A DNA stretch of 64,000 bases from Clostridia bacterium (GCA_045648785.1 JAZROP010000020.1:2968-66967), one strand, 5' to 3'; shown: positions 9,429 to 19,133, counted from the first letter of the stretch. Translations and numbers: made by a program. Notes: generated by a model from the sequence alone, not told the origin.

Positions 9429-10535
9429 ATGAATAATCCGTTGGTTAGTGTTATTGTACCGGTATATAATGTTGAAAAATATTTGCCGAGATGTATAACA
9501 AGCATTTTATTGCAGACATATTCAAATATTGAACTTTTACTTGTAAATGACGGTTCAACAGACAGAAGTGGACGGATATGTGATGATTATGAAAAAGCGG
9601 ATAATCGCATAAAAGTTATACATAAATCTAACAGCGGGGTATCTGAGTCGCGAAATGCAGGTATAGCAGTGGCTTCAGGTGAGTTTATAGTTTTTGTTGA
9701 TTCTGATGACTGGCTGGAGAAAACAGCTATTGAACATATGGTTGTTATATCAGCGAGAGAACAAACAGAAATTGTGATGATGTGGTTCGACCACAGAAAC
9801 AATAAAATTATTAAACCTGCATTTAATATAACCAGTAATTATATGGATGTAAACACTACCAAGGCTGAATGTTGGAAAGAATTTTTTCAACTTTATATAT
9901 CTCATGTGGTTTGGGGTAAACTCTATTCTGCAGAGATTATTAAAAAGCATAATATAAGATTTGATAACAATATAGCTTATGGTGAGGATACAATATTTTT
10001 GTTTGAATATTTATGTTGTTGTGAAAAACTTTATATTTCAGAAAAGGTAGTATATCACTATAATAAACTCAATGATAATGCAGCGACAAGAAAATACCAT
10101 GAAAATTTAATTGAGGGAATATTTAAGTACCATGTTTTCATGGGGAAATTTGTAGATAAGCTTAATATTAAACAAAACGAAAAAGATGCTATTATGGGAT
10201 GGTGTGCAGTTAAACGCATACTTAATCTTATATATCCGTATGTATATTATCTTGCAAAAGAACAATCACTGGTTAATATTGAAGGTTGCCTTATACAGTT
10301 TGAAAAGTGGCTTGATACGGATGATGTGTGGAAATATAATTGGGGTAAAGAGTCAAGACTTGTAGATGCTATATGTGACAGAGATATTGAAAGGATTTAT
10401 AAAGAACAACGAAAATTGTTTGAAAAAACATCTCCTAAACAATTTGTCAGCACAATTGTCTATCAAATATTAAAACCGGTAATAGAGAGAAAACGGGACG
10501 GACTTATCACACATAAATTTAAGATGAAAACTTGA
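9429..10535 (+). CDS. family 2 glycosyltransferase
   Basis: The N-terminus VSVIVPVYNVEKYLPRCITSILLQTYSNIELLLVNDGSTD and the DSDD (DxD) motif are the canonical GT2 (GT-A) signature. Confidence 0.85.
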   Translation: MNNPLVSVIVPVYNVEKYLPRCITSILLQTYSNIELLLVNDGSTDRSGRICDDYEKADNRIKVIHKSNSGVSESRNAGIAVASGEFIVFVDSDDWLEKTAIEHMVVISAREQTEIVMMWFDHRNNKIIKPAFNITSNYMDVNTTKAECWKEFFQLYISHVVWGKLYSAEIIKKHNIRFDNNIAYGEDTIFLFEYLCCCEKLYISEKVVYHYNKLNDNAATRKYHENLIEGIFKYHVFMGKFVDKLNIKQNEKDAIMGWCAVKRILNLIYPYVYYLAKEQSLVNIEGCLIQFEKWLDTDDVWKYNWGKESRLVDAICDRDIERIYKEQRKLFEKTSPKQFVSTIVYQILKPVIERKRDGLITHKFKMKT

Positions 10536-10562
10536 TAAAATAATTAATGAATTGAATTCTGT

Positions 10563-10639
10563 GGGCGCATAGCTCAGCTGGTCAGAGTGCTTGCTTGACA
10601 TGCAAGAGGTCACAGGTTCGAGCCCTGTTGTGCCCACCA
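10563..10639 (+). tRNA. tRNA-Val (anticodon GAC), CCA encoded
   Basis: A cloverleaf folds by hand. The acceptor stem is GGGCGCA/TGTGCCC with one G-T wobble. The D-arm is AGCTCAGCTGGTCAGAGT. The anticodon stem cttgc/gcaag carries the loop ttGACat. The T-arm is GGTTCGAGCCC, the discriminator is A, and CCA follows. Confidence 0.85.
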
Positions 10640-10675
10640 CAACCTCAACTATGTGTGAACGGAGGAAAGATTGGT

Positions 10676-11635
10676 GTGAGGAAGTATTGCTTTTTGGTTT
10701 TGTCGTTGGTAATATTGATGGTTTCAATTTTTTCTTATGTAGCGTGTGCAGATGAAATTTGCGGTGATGCTCTAGTATGGTCTGTAACTGAAAATATACT
10801 TACTGTAAGCGGAACGGGTGAGATGTATGATTTTGTTTCGACATCATCCGCTCCCTGGTATAATCAGCGCGATGAGATAACGCAAGTGATTGTTAAAAAC
10901 GGAGTTGAGTCCATAGGATATGGAGCATTCAGAGGACTTTATAATCTGGAAAAAATTGATTTGCCTGAAAGTGTAGTTCAAATAGACAGATATGCGTTTG
11001 ATGGATGTAGTTTACTTGCGGAAATACATATAGATGAAAATAATGCTGTTTACTCATCTAAGGATGGGATACTTTTTAATAAAAGTATGACAAAGCTGCT
11101 TCAGTATGCAACCGGGAATAAAAGAAATGTGTATGTTATTCCAACCTCTGTTACTGAAATTGACTGGTATGCCTTTTCGGTAAGCAATAATCTGAAGAAA
11201 ATAGTTATTGGTGAAAAGGTGAAAACAATTGGATACAGAGCCTTTTACAGAATTTACAGTATAACAGATGTTTATTATACAGGTGGTTCTGCAGACTGGA
11301 AAAGTATTTCGGTAGGTTCATATAACGCAGGGATTACTAACGCTAAAAAACACTATTGCTGTGAAGCAACGACTGATTTTGATGCGGAAAAGAATGAAAT
11401 TACGGTTAGCAGTATTAACCCATATGAAAAAGCATTGGTTTGCAAGGCTTACTATAAAAGTGAAAAAATGCTGAGCAGGAAATGTACAGAAGTTAAAATT
11501 AATACCGGCACCAATACATTTGCAGTACCCCAATTTACTTGTGAAGATGCAGATAAAATGAAGCTTTTTGTGTGGGCAAGTAGTGTTACAGCAAAACCTC
11601 TGTGTGAAATAATACAAGAAGATTTAATCAATTGA
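10676..11635 (+). CDS. secreted BspA-type leucine-rich-repeat (LRR_5) surface protein
   Basis: A GTG start lies 6 nt after the GGAGGAAAG RBS. The signal peptide reads RKYCFLVLSLVILMVSIFSYVACA. Repeated SV/TxIxxxAF blocks (ESIGYGAFRGLYNLEKIDLPESVVQIDRYAFDGC, VTEIDWYAFSVSNNLKKIVIG) are typical of BspA-like LRRs. The longer ORF in the track begins inside the tRNA and is not credible. Confidence 0.65.
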   Translation: MRKYCFLVLSLVILMVSIFSYVACADEICGDALVWSVTENILTVSGTGEMYDFVSTSSAPWYNQRDEITQVIVKNGVESIGYGAFRGLYNLEKIDLPESVVQIDRYAFDGCSLLAEIHIDENNAVYSSKDGILFNKSMTKLLQYATGNKRNVYVIPTSVTEIDWYAFSVSNNLKKIVIGEKVKTIGYRAFYRIYSITDVYYTGGSADWKSISVGSYNAGITNAKKHYCCEATTDFDAEKNEITVSSINPYEKALVCKAYYKSEKMLSRKCTEVKINTGTNTFAVPQFTCEDADKMKLFVWASSVTAKPLCEIIQEDLIN

Positions 11636-11716
11636 AGCACTTTTTGACAAAAGTGCTTTTTTGTTTGACACAGGTATGTATATATTGTATAATTACTTGT
11701 GGAGGATTGATGAAAA

Positions 11717-13150
11717 ATGGTGAAACTTAAAGGATTAAAACCAGAGAAGGTTTTTGAATATTTTGAAGAAATATCTGCCGTTCCGAGAGGGTCTGGCAAT
11801 ATGAAACAAATAGCGGATTATTGTATGTCTTTTGCGAATAAAAACGCCCTAAAAGCGGTTCGGGATAATGCGGATAATGTTGTTATTTATAAGCCTGCAA
11901 CAAAAGGTTTTGAAAATGCTGATCCTGTAATTTTACAGGGGCATCTTGATATGGTCTGCCAAAAGGAAGCAGGTCGCGACATAGATTTTGAAAAAGACGG
12001 ACTTGAAATATATATCGATGGCGACTATATAAAAGCAAAAGGGACAACATTAGGTGCGGATAACGGAATTGCGGCGGCAATGATTCTTTCGATACTTGCG
12101 AGCAATGATATTAAACACCCGCCGATAGAAGCACTTTTTACAACAGATGAAGAAATCGGTATGATTGGGGCATCACAGCTTGACGGCTCTTTGTTCAGGG
12201 GTAAGCAGTTGATAAATCTTGATTCAGAGGAGCAGGATAAGTTGACCGTTTCTTGTGCAGGAGGAAGTGAATTTGAGATAAATATACCCATTGACCGAAA
12301 AAAGATAAGAGGCAGGAAAGTTACTTTCTCGCTGACGGGACTTAAAGGCGGTCATTCTGGAATAGAAATTGATAAGGGCAGAATTAATGCGGCTGTCCTT
12401 TCGGGAAGATTTTTGAATGAAATTGGGGATTGTGAGATAATTTCAATTACAGGCGGTGACAAGAGCAATGCAATAACTAACGCCTGTGAGGTTGAACTTG
12501 TGTGTTCAGACGCTGAAAAAACAGTTTCAGAAATTAAAAGTTGTTATGAAATTGTTAAAAAAGAAATTGCAGAAACAGAGCCGAATTTTGAGGTTTCGGT
12601 AATGACGGGTGAAGAATGTGAATTTGAGGTTGTTGATGGGACTGCAAAAGAAAAGCTTATATTTGCGCTTCTTTTTATGCCTAACGGTGTTCAGTCTATG
12701 AGTGCAAGTATTGCCGGGCTTGTTGAAACCTCGCTAAATCTCGGGATTTTAAAGACAGAGGCCGATAAAATTGTTATGGTTTCGGCACTCAGGAGCAATA
12801 AACAGTCTGCACTTGAATATCTTGAGAGAAAGCTGAAAACTTTTGCAAAATCGCTTGGATGCAATGTTAAAACCTATGGACATTATCCGCCGTGGGAATA
12901 TAAGGAAAATTCGGCACTTCAGGAAATTTATAAAAAATGTTTCAAAGAAAAGTTTGGTTATCTTCCGACAGTTGAAGCTATACATGCGGGACTTGAATGC
13001 GGAACTCTTTCGGCCAAAATAAAAGACCTGGACGCAATTTCAGTTGGACCTGATCTTTCTGATGTTCATACCACAAAGGAGAAACTGAAGATATCATCGG
13101 CGAGGGAAATGTATGAACTGATATGTGAACTACTTGGCAAAATGAAATAA
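11717..13150 (+). CDS. pepD: aminoacyl-histidine (Xaa-His) dipeptidase, M20C
   Basis: The product is 477 aa with the motifs HLDMV, DNGIAAAM and TTDEEIGMIGA, which match PepD-family dipeptidases. Confidence 0.85.
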   Translation: MVKLKGLKPEKVFEYFEEISAVPRGSGNMKQIADYCMSFANKNALKAVRDNADNVVIYKPATKGFENADPVILQGHLDMVCQKEAGRDIDFEKDGLEIYIDGDYIKAKGTTLGADNGIAAAMILSILASNDIKHPPIEALFTTDEEIGMIGASQLDGSLFRGKQLINLDSEEQDKLTVSCAGGSEFEINIPIDRKKIRGRKVTFSLTGLKGGHSGIEIDKGRINAAVLSGRFLNEIGDCEIISITGGDKSNAITNACEVELVCSDAEKTVSEIKSCYEIVKKEIAETEPNFEVSVMTGEECEFEVVDGTAKEKLIFALLFMPNGVQSMSASIAGLVETSLNLGILKTEADKIVMVSALRSNKQSALEYLERKLKTFAKSLGCNVKTYGHYPPWEYKENSALQEIYKKCFKEKFGYLPTVEAIHAGLECGTLSAKIKDLDAISVGPDLSDVHTTKEKLKISSAREMYELICELLGKMK

Positions 13151-13285
13151 AAAATATGAGTCTCTCTTAAATCAAGGGAGACTTTTTAAATAAAAAGCAT
13201 ATAATTGTTGATTTTTTGGACGAAATATGGTAGAATAAATAATTAGAAAAATAAAAAGTCGGGTTCACGACAGAATGGAGAATAT

Positions 13286-15196
13286 ATGAGTAATCAGAAC
13301 GACTTCAAACCGTATGTTCCGGCAGAAAAGATTACACCGGAGCTTACTATTACATCAATAGTAATGGGCGTAATCCTTGCTATTGTATTTGGTGCAGCGA
13401 ACGCATACCTCGGACTCAGAGTTGGTATGACCGTTTCTGCATCAATTCCTGCAGCGGTTATTTCTATGGGGGTTATTCGTGTTTTAATGCGTAAAAATTC
13501 TATCCTTGAAAGTAATATTGTTCAGACCGCAGGCTCTGCGGGTGAATCACTTGCGGCAGGTGCTATTTTCACTCTTCCTGCACTCTTTTTGTGGGCGGCT
13601 GAAGGTAAAATGGACAAGCCGGGCATTGTGGAAATTACACTTATCGCACTTTTAGGCGGACTTTTAGGCGTATTTTTCATGGTTCCTCTTCGTAATGCTC
13701 TTATTGTAAAAGAACATGGAATTCTTCCTTATCCGGAAGGTACAGCCTGTGCGGAAGTTCTTCTTGCAGGCGAAAAGGGCGGAGCAAACGCGTCTACTGT
13801 ATTTGCAGGTATGGGTTTTGCAGCTCTGTTTAAATTTATAATTGACGGTCTTAAACTTGTTTCTGGTGAGGTATCGCTCAGAGTAAAAGGTTTTGCCGGG
13901 GAAATCGGTACACAGATTTATCCTGCGGTAATGAGCGTTGGGTACATCTGCGGTGCAAGAATTGCATCTTATATGTTTGCAGGCGGCGTATTAAGCTGGA
14001 TGGTTATTATTCCTATTGTTGTACTTTTTGGTGCTGATATTACCCTTTATCCCGGATCGGTTCCCATAAGTCAGATGTTTGCTGAAGGCGGTGCAAGTGC
14101 TATCTGGAGCTCCTACATAAGATATATAGGGGCAGGCGCACTGGCGGCAGGGGGTATAATAAGTCTTGTTAAATCACTTCCGCTTATTGTTTCAACTTTC
14201 CGCGGAGCAATGAAAAGCATCACAGGCTCTAAAAATACAATAAGCAATCGTACAACACAGGACATGAATATGAAAGTTGTTATAGGAGCTATTGTGGTTC
14301 TTACACTTCTTGTATGGCTTGTTCCTGCAATTCCTGTTTCACTTGTCGGCGCAGTGATTGTTGTTGTGTTCGGTTTCTTCTTTGCAACCGTTTCTTCCAG
14401 AATGGTTGGTCTTGTAGGAAGTAGTAACAATCCTGTTTCGGGTATGGCTATAGCTACACTTCTTGTTACAACGCTTATTTTAAAACTTACTGGGGATAAC
14501 GGAGTTGCGGGTATGGCAAGTGCTATTGCAATCGGGTCTATTATCTGTATTGTTTCAGCTATCGCTGGAGATACATCTCAGGACCTTAAAACAGGTTACC
14601 TTTTAGGCGCAACGCCAAAAAAACAACAGTATGCTGAGGTTGTAGGTGTAGTTGCCGCGGCTCTTGCAATTGGTGGAACACTTTATCTGCTGGACAGTGC
14701 ATGGGGCTTTGGCGGCGATGAACTGGCTGCTCCCCAGGCAACTCTTATGAAGCTTATAATTGAGGGCGTTATGGAGGGTAACCTTCCCTGGACACTTGTA
14801 TTTATAGGTGTGTTTATTGCTATTGTGGTTGAACTTATCGGCATTCCGGTTCTTCCGTTTGCAATCGGTGTATATCTGCCTGTTCAGCTTAATGCATGTA
14901 TCATGGTTGGCGGTCTTGTTCGTCTTTCACTTGATAAACTCAAAAAACAAAAAGAAGAAAAAGATGCTATCGTAAACGACGGTATTCTTTTCTGCTCAGG
15001 CATGATTGCCGGAGAAGGTATTGTTGGTATTCTTCTTGCACTTCTTGCGGTGTTTGGTATTGACAAGATGCTTGACCTTTCGACAGTTCTTGGAATTTCA
15101 GCTCCGGTTGCAAATATTGGAGGAATTGTACTCTTTGCAATTACTATTCTGACAGTACTGAAATTCTCTATGTGGAAAAAACGCACACTTAAATGA
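13286..15196 (+). CDS. OPT-family oligopeptide transporter
   Basis: The product is a 636-aa polytopic membrane protein with the OPT-superfamily (bacterial clade) sequence pattern GSAGESLAAGAIFTLPAL...SQDLKTGYLLGATPKKQQ. Confidence 0.8.
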   Translation: MSNQNDFKPYVPAEKITPELTITSIVMGVILAIVFGAANAYLGLRVGMTVSASIPAAVISMGVIRVLMRKNSILESNIVQTAGSAGESLAAGAIFTLPALFLWAAEGKMDKPGIVEITLIALLGGLLGVFFMVPLRNALIVKEHGILPYPEGTACAEVLLAGEKGGANASTVFAGMGFAALFKFIIDGLKLVSGEVSLRVKGFAGEIGTQIYPAVMSVGYICGARIASYMFAGGVLSWMVIIPIVVLFGADITLYPGSVPISQMFAEGGASAIWSSYIRYIGAGALAAGGIISLVKSLPLIVSTFRGAMKSITGSKNTISNRTTQDMNMKVVIGAIVVLTLLVWLVPAIPVSLVGAVIVVVFGFFFATVSSRMVGLVGSSNNPVSGMAIATLLVTTLILKLTGDNGVAGMASAIAIGSIICIVSAIAGDTSQDLKTGYLLGATPKKQQYAEVVGVVAAALAIGGTLYLLDSAWGFGGDELAAPQATLMKLIIEGVMEGNLPWTLVFIGVFIAIVVELIGIPVLPFAIGVYLPVQLNACIMVGGLVRLSLDKLKKQKEEKDAIVNDGILFCSGMIAGEGIVGILLALLAVFGIDKMLDLSTVLGISAPVANIGGIVLFAITILTVLKFSMWKKRTLK

Positions 15197-15549
15197 TGAA
15201 AAAGAAAAATATTATATCTGAAAACTATCTTGAACGGGTGCCTGTCCGTGCAGACATTAAATGGTCGGTTGACGATACGGGTAAGGTTACTCTTGAGATG
15301 GAAAACAAAGGAGCTTTCAATCGGATTGCCCAAAAGCTTTTTAAAAAGCCAAAGATAAGCTATATTCATCTTGATGAGACCGGCAGTTTTGTGTGGCCGC
15401 TTATTGATGGTGAGAAAAGCATCTTGGAGTTGGGCAAGGGTGTGGAAACAAAGTTCGGTGAAAAGGCAAAACCTCTTTATGAACGGCTTGCCACATATTT
15501 CAGCATTCTCGAAAGCTATAATTTTATAAAGTTCAAACAGCCGTCCTGA
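15193..15549 (+). CDS. small bacterial PH-domain (bPH) protein, translationally coupled to the OPT gene
   Basis: The ATG overlaps the OPT stop in an ATGA arrangement. The product is 118 aa with a bPH-like beta-rich sequence. The family assignment is tentative. Confidence 0.5.
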   Translation: MMKKKNIISENYLERVPVRADIKWSVDDTGKVTLEMENKGAFNRIAQKLFKKPKISYIHLDETGSFVWPLIDGEKSILELGKGVETKFGEKAKPLYERLATYFSILESYNFIKFKQPS

Positions 15550-15560
15550 AGGACGGCTGA
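15538..15560 (+). terminator. terminator-like hairpin after the bPH gene
   Basis: A perfect 9-bp stem, cagccgtcc...ggacggctg, is present. The T-tract is weak. Confidence 0.45.
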
Positions 15561-15651
15561 AACTTTGAAATTAACTTTGGTTGAATGATTTCTTGTTCAT
15601 TATTTACAGTTTGAATAATTTGTGTTAAGATTTATCATGGAGGTGGAGTTT

Positions 15652-16851
15652 ATGAAATCTCTTGTTGAATTGTATAAAATTGGCAGAGGACCATCAAGTT
15701 CACATACAATTGGTCCGGAAAAAGCATGCTTGGTTTTTATGAATGAAAATCCTGAGGCGGATTCTTTTAAGGCGGTACTGTACGGGTCACTTGCAAAAAC
15801 TGGCGAGGGACATGGAACGGACAGGGTAATTAAAAAAACTTTCAGTCCAATACCTGCTGAGGTTGAATTTAATTACAGTGAGGATAATATTCCTCATCCA
15901 AACACAATGGATTTGATTGCATTTAAAGATAAAAAAGAAATAGCGTCGGAACGCGTTTTCAGTGTGGGCGGCGGAGCAGTTCGTTTTGATGGAAGAGAGG
16001 CTCTTGAAACGGAGGAAGTATATAATCTCACAAGTTTCAGCGAAATAGCCGCATATTGTAAGGAAAAAAACATCAGAATATGTCAATTTCCAGGTTGTTT
16101 TGAAAATGCGGATTTTGACGGTTATATGAAAAAAATATGGGAAACCATGAAGCAAAGTATTTCGAAAGGTTTGGAAGATGAGGGGATTTTGCCTGGAGGC
16201 CTTAATGTTCAAAAAAAAGCAAAGCAGCTTTTTGGACATGAACATATTGACGAATCTCCAGTTACCCGTGAAAACAGACTTGTGTGTGCATATGCATTTG
16301 CGGTGAGCGAACAGAATGCTGCGGGTGAAACAATTGTAACTGCTCCTACCTGTGGAGCGGCAGGGGTATTGCCGGCTGTACTCTATTATCAGCAACAGAA
16401 AAACGGATATTCGGATGAACAGATTATCCGTGCGCTGATGACGGCAGGTATTGTCGGAAATCTTATAAAAACAAATGCATCCATTTCAGGTGCGGAATGT
16501 GGATGCCAGGCAGAGGTGGGAAGTGCTTGCGCAATGGCGGCAGCTGCACTTGGAGAGCTTTTTGGACTGAGTATTGATAAAATAGAATATGCAGCAGAAA
16601 TTTCAATAGAACATCATCTTGGACTAACATGTGACCCGATATGTGGGCTTGTACAGATACCATGTATTGAGAGAAATGCCGTTGCTGCTATGAGAGCTAT
16701 AAATGCGGTGAATATCGCAAGCTTTTTGAGTGGCACAAGGAAAATATCGCTTGATAATATAATTAAAGTAATGAAAGAGACTGGACTTGATTTATCAAAT
16801 CGGTACAAAGAAACATCAGAGGCCGGAATGGCAAAAATAACAATAAATTAA
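15652..16851 (+). CDS. sdaA: L-serine dehydratase (iron-sulfur, single-chain alpha+beta)
   Basis: A GGAGGTGG RBS precedes the start. MKSLVELYKIGRGPSSSHTIGP is the hallmark SdaA N-terminus, and the C-terminal alpha domain has CGAAGVLPAVL. Confidence 0.85.
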   Translation: MKSLVELYKIGRGPSSSHTIGPEKACLVFMNENPEADSFKAVLYGSLAKTGEGHGTDRVIKKTFSPIPAEVEFNYSEDNIPHPNTMDLIAFKDKKEIASERVFSVGGGAVRFDGREALETEEVYNLTSFSEIAAYCKEKNIRICQFPGCFENADFDGYMKKIWETMKQSISKGLEDEGILPGGLNVQKKAKQLFGHEHIDESPVTRENRLVCAYAFAVSEQNAAGETIVTAPTCGAAGVLPAVLYYQQQKNGYSDEQIIRALMTAGIVGNLIKTNASISGAECGCQAEVGSACAMAAAALGELFGLSIDKIEYAAEISIEHHLGLTCDPICGLVQIPCIERNAVAAMRAINAVNIASFLSGTRKISLDNIIKVMKETGLDLSNRYKETSEAGMAKITIN

Positions 16852-16878
16852 AGGAGCTGTGAATACAGCTCCTATTTT

Positions 16879-17715
16879 TTATCTGTAAATATAAAATCCA
16901 TTACCGAAAATCTGCTGCGACTCGGCGTAGACAATAAACGCACCGGGGTCAATATCAAGAATTTTATTCTGAAATTTATGAATCTCCTTTGACTTTAAGG
17001 CGCAGAACAGAACATTTTTTTCTGTAAATGTATAAGCACCTGTTGCTTTTATAAGTGTTACTCCGCGAGGAGATGTAGAAACAAGCGTTTTTGAGATTTC
17101 TTCACCTTTGTCGGTTATTACAAAAGCCATTTTTGAAATATTAAGACTTCTTATGAGCCAGTCTATCGCAGTTGTTGAAACGAAAAGCGAAATGATGCCG
17201 AAAAGTGCAAGCTCTATGTTTTTGAAAACAAGCAGAGATATAAAAATAATGGCGCCATCAACTATAAGAAGCATTTTCCCGATGGGAAGATTGGGATTTT
17301 TGTATTGAAGCAGTCTGCCTAGAATATCTGTTCCGCCGGTAGATGCACCTGCTACAAAAGCAAGAGCTATTCCAAAGCCATATAGTGCACCGCCAAACAC
17401 TGTCGAAAGTACAGTATCGGTTATTATGTGGGGAAGATAGGAAAAGAGCTGTACAAAAACAGAAATAAGTCCTGCTCCGAAAATGGTTTTAACGGTAAAG
17501 GATTTACCGAGAACCTTGAGACCGGTCAAAAGCAGTATTGCGTTAGTTACAGCGTAACTGAGACCGGGAGCAATTCCGAATGTCTGATAAAGTATTGTCG
17601 AAACACCCGAAACACCGCCGCAGACAATCTTGTTAGGAGTTAAAAAAACAGCAACGGCAAAGCCAGTTATTGCAGTTCCGATTATTGTAAGAAGTATGGA
17701 TTTTAATTTGGTCAT
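16879..17715 (-). CDS. YitT-family (DUF161/DUF2179) membrane protein
   Basis: The N-terminus MTKLKSILLTIIGTAITGFAVAVFLTPNKIVCGGVSGVSTIL and the C-terminal DUF2179 region are typical of YitT/YqfU proteins. Confidence 0.75.
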   Translation of the reverse strand: MTKLKSILLTIIGTAITGFAVAVFLTPNKIVCGGVSGVSTILYQTFGIAPGLSYAVTNAILLLTGLKVLGKSFTVKTIFGAGLISVFVQLFSYLPHIITDTVLSTVFGGALYGFGIALAFVAGASTGGTDILGRLLQYKNPNLPIGKMLLIVDGAIIFISLLVFKNIELALFGIISLFVSTTAIDWLIRSLNISKMAFVITDKGEEISKTLVSTSPRGVTLIKATGAYTFTEKNVLFCALKSKEIHKFQNKILDIDPGAFIVYAESQQIFGNGFYIYR

Positions 17716-17806
17716 TTAAAATTCTCCGTTTCAATTAATCTTACAAAAATATTATAGGACAGAAAAAGGGTGGTGTCAACATAAAAAAGTAAATTAAGTT
17801 TTTATA

Positions 17807-17835
17807 TTGACAACCGACAATATTGACGGTATAAT
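17807..17835 (+). promoter_or_regulatory. sigma-A promoter of the polY-yolD operon
   Basis: TTGACA, a 17-nt spacer, then TATAAT. Confidence 0.5.
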
Positions 17836-17840
17836 TAAAA

Positions 17841-17854
17841 AGAACAAATGTTCG
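17841..17854 (+). promoter_or_regulatory. LexA (Cheo/SOS) box
   Basis: aGAACAAATGTTCG matches the Firmicutes consensus CGAAC-N4-GTTCG. It lies 5 nt downstream of the -10 element. Confidence 0.6.
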
Positions 17855-17870
17855 ATTAAGAACAGGGGGC

Positions 17871-19133
17871 TTGAAAGTGTATAAAATATATTTGTGTATA
17901 GATTTAAAAAGCTTTTATGCTTCTGTTGAAGCAGTGGAACGAGGACTTGACCCATTTAAAGCAAATCTTGTGGTGGCGGATTCTACAAGAGGCAGAGGGG
18001 CAATCTGCCTGGCAGTTACACCGGCACTTAAAAATGTTGGCGTAAAAAATCGATGCCGGCTTTTCGAGATTCCGGAAAACATTAAATATATAACAGCGAA
18101 GCCTCGTATGAAATATTATATGGATTATTCTGCACATATTTACTCGATTTATCTGCGGTATATCAGTAAAGATGATATTTATGTATATTCAATTGATGAG
18201 TGTTTTTTTGATGTTACCTCTTATCTTGACTTATATGACAAAACTCCGCGTGAGATGGCAAAGATGCTGATGGATGCGGTTTATACTGAAACGGGAATTT
18301 CTGCAAGTGCAGGAATAGGGACCAATTTATTTCTCGCAAAAGTGGCGCTGGATGTTACGGCAAAACATTCGCGCGACAGAATAGGATTTTTAAATGAAGA
18401 GGAATTTCAAAAGAAACTATGGCACCACAGACCTATAACCGATATATGGAACATAGGAAAGGGGATTGCAACAAGACTCGAAAAATATGGAATTTATGAT
18501 TTGTACGGAGTGGCACACGCAGATGAAAAAAAGCTGTATAAGGAATTTGGAGAGAATGCGGAATTTATTATAGACCATTCCAAAGGATATGAGCCTTGCA
18601 CAATAGCGGAAATAAAAAGTTATGTACCTCAATCGGAATCCTTTTCAAACAGTCAGATTTTATTTGAGGATTATGAATTTGAGGATGCGCTTTTAGCTTT
18701 AAAGGAAATGGTGGACCTGCTTGTGCTTGAGCTGGTTGATAAGGGGATGTTTACAAATTCAATTTCTCTTATGATAGGCTATTCGGGTAAAACAGGTAAG
18801 CGTTCAGGCGGTACGAGAAAGTTGAATAATTTTACAAATTCAGCGGAAAAGCTAATGGCGGAATTTGAGAGGTTCTTCAAAGAAAAGGCAGATAAAACCA
18901 TGCTTATCCGTAAACTTACAGTGGGGTTTAATAATCTGAGTAAAAGTGAGTATGTAAATTTAGATTTCTTTTCGGATTATGAGGCTGAAGAAAAGGAGCT
19001 TAAAAAGCAACAGGCGATTTTGAATATTAAAAAGAAATATGGTAAAAATGCTGTTTTAAAAGGAATGAATTTACAGAAAAAAGCAACCACGCCAATACGA
19101 AACAGACTAATAGGGGGGCATAACGGTGAGTGA
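17871..19133 (+). CDS. Y-family translesion DNA polymerase (UvrX/PolY-like)
   Basis: The start is a TTG after the RBS ACAGGGGGC. The N-terminus CIDLKSFYASVEAVERG...FEIPENIKY is the ImpB/MucB/UmuC family motif. Confidence 0.8.
   Translation: MKVYKIYLCIDLKSFYASVEAVERGLDPFKANLVVADSTRGRGAICLAVTPALKNVGVKNRCRLFEIPENIKYITAKPRMKYYMDYSAHIYSIYLRYISKDDIYVYSIDECFFDVTSYLDLYDKTPREMAKMLMDAVYTETGISASAGIGTNLFLAKVALDVTAKHSRDRIGFLNEEEFQKKLWHHRPITDIWNIGKGIATRLEKYGIYDLYGVAHADEKKLYKEFGENAEFIIDHSKGYEPCTIAEIKSYVPQSESFSNSQILFEDYEFEDALLALKEMVDLLVLELVDKGMFTNSISLMIGYSGKTGKRSGGTRKLNNFTNSAEKLMAEFERFFKEKADKTMLIRKLTVGFNNLSKSEYVNLDFFSDYEAEEKELKKQQAILNIKKKYGKNAVLKGMNLQKKATTPIRNRLIGGHNGE

Noticed and set aside
10595-10675. 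ORF-track start of the LRR protein inside the tRNA-Val gene
   Set aside because: A CDS start within a tRNA is implausible. A GTG at 10676, with a GGAGGAAAG RBS 6 nt upstream, gives a proper signal peptide.
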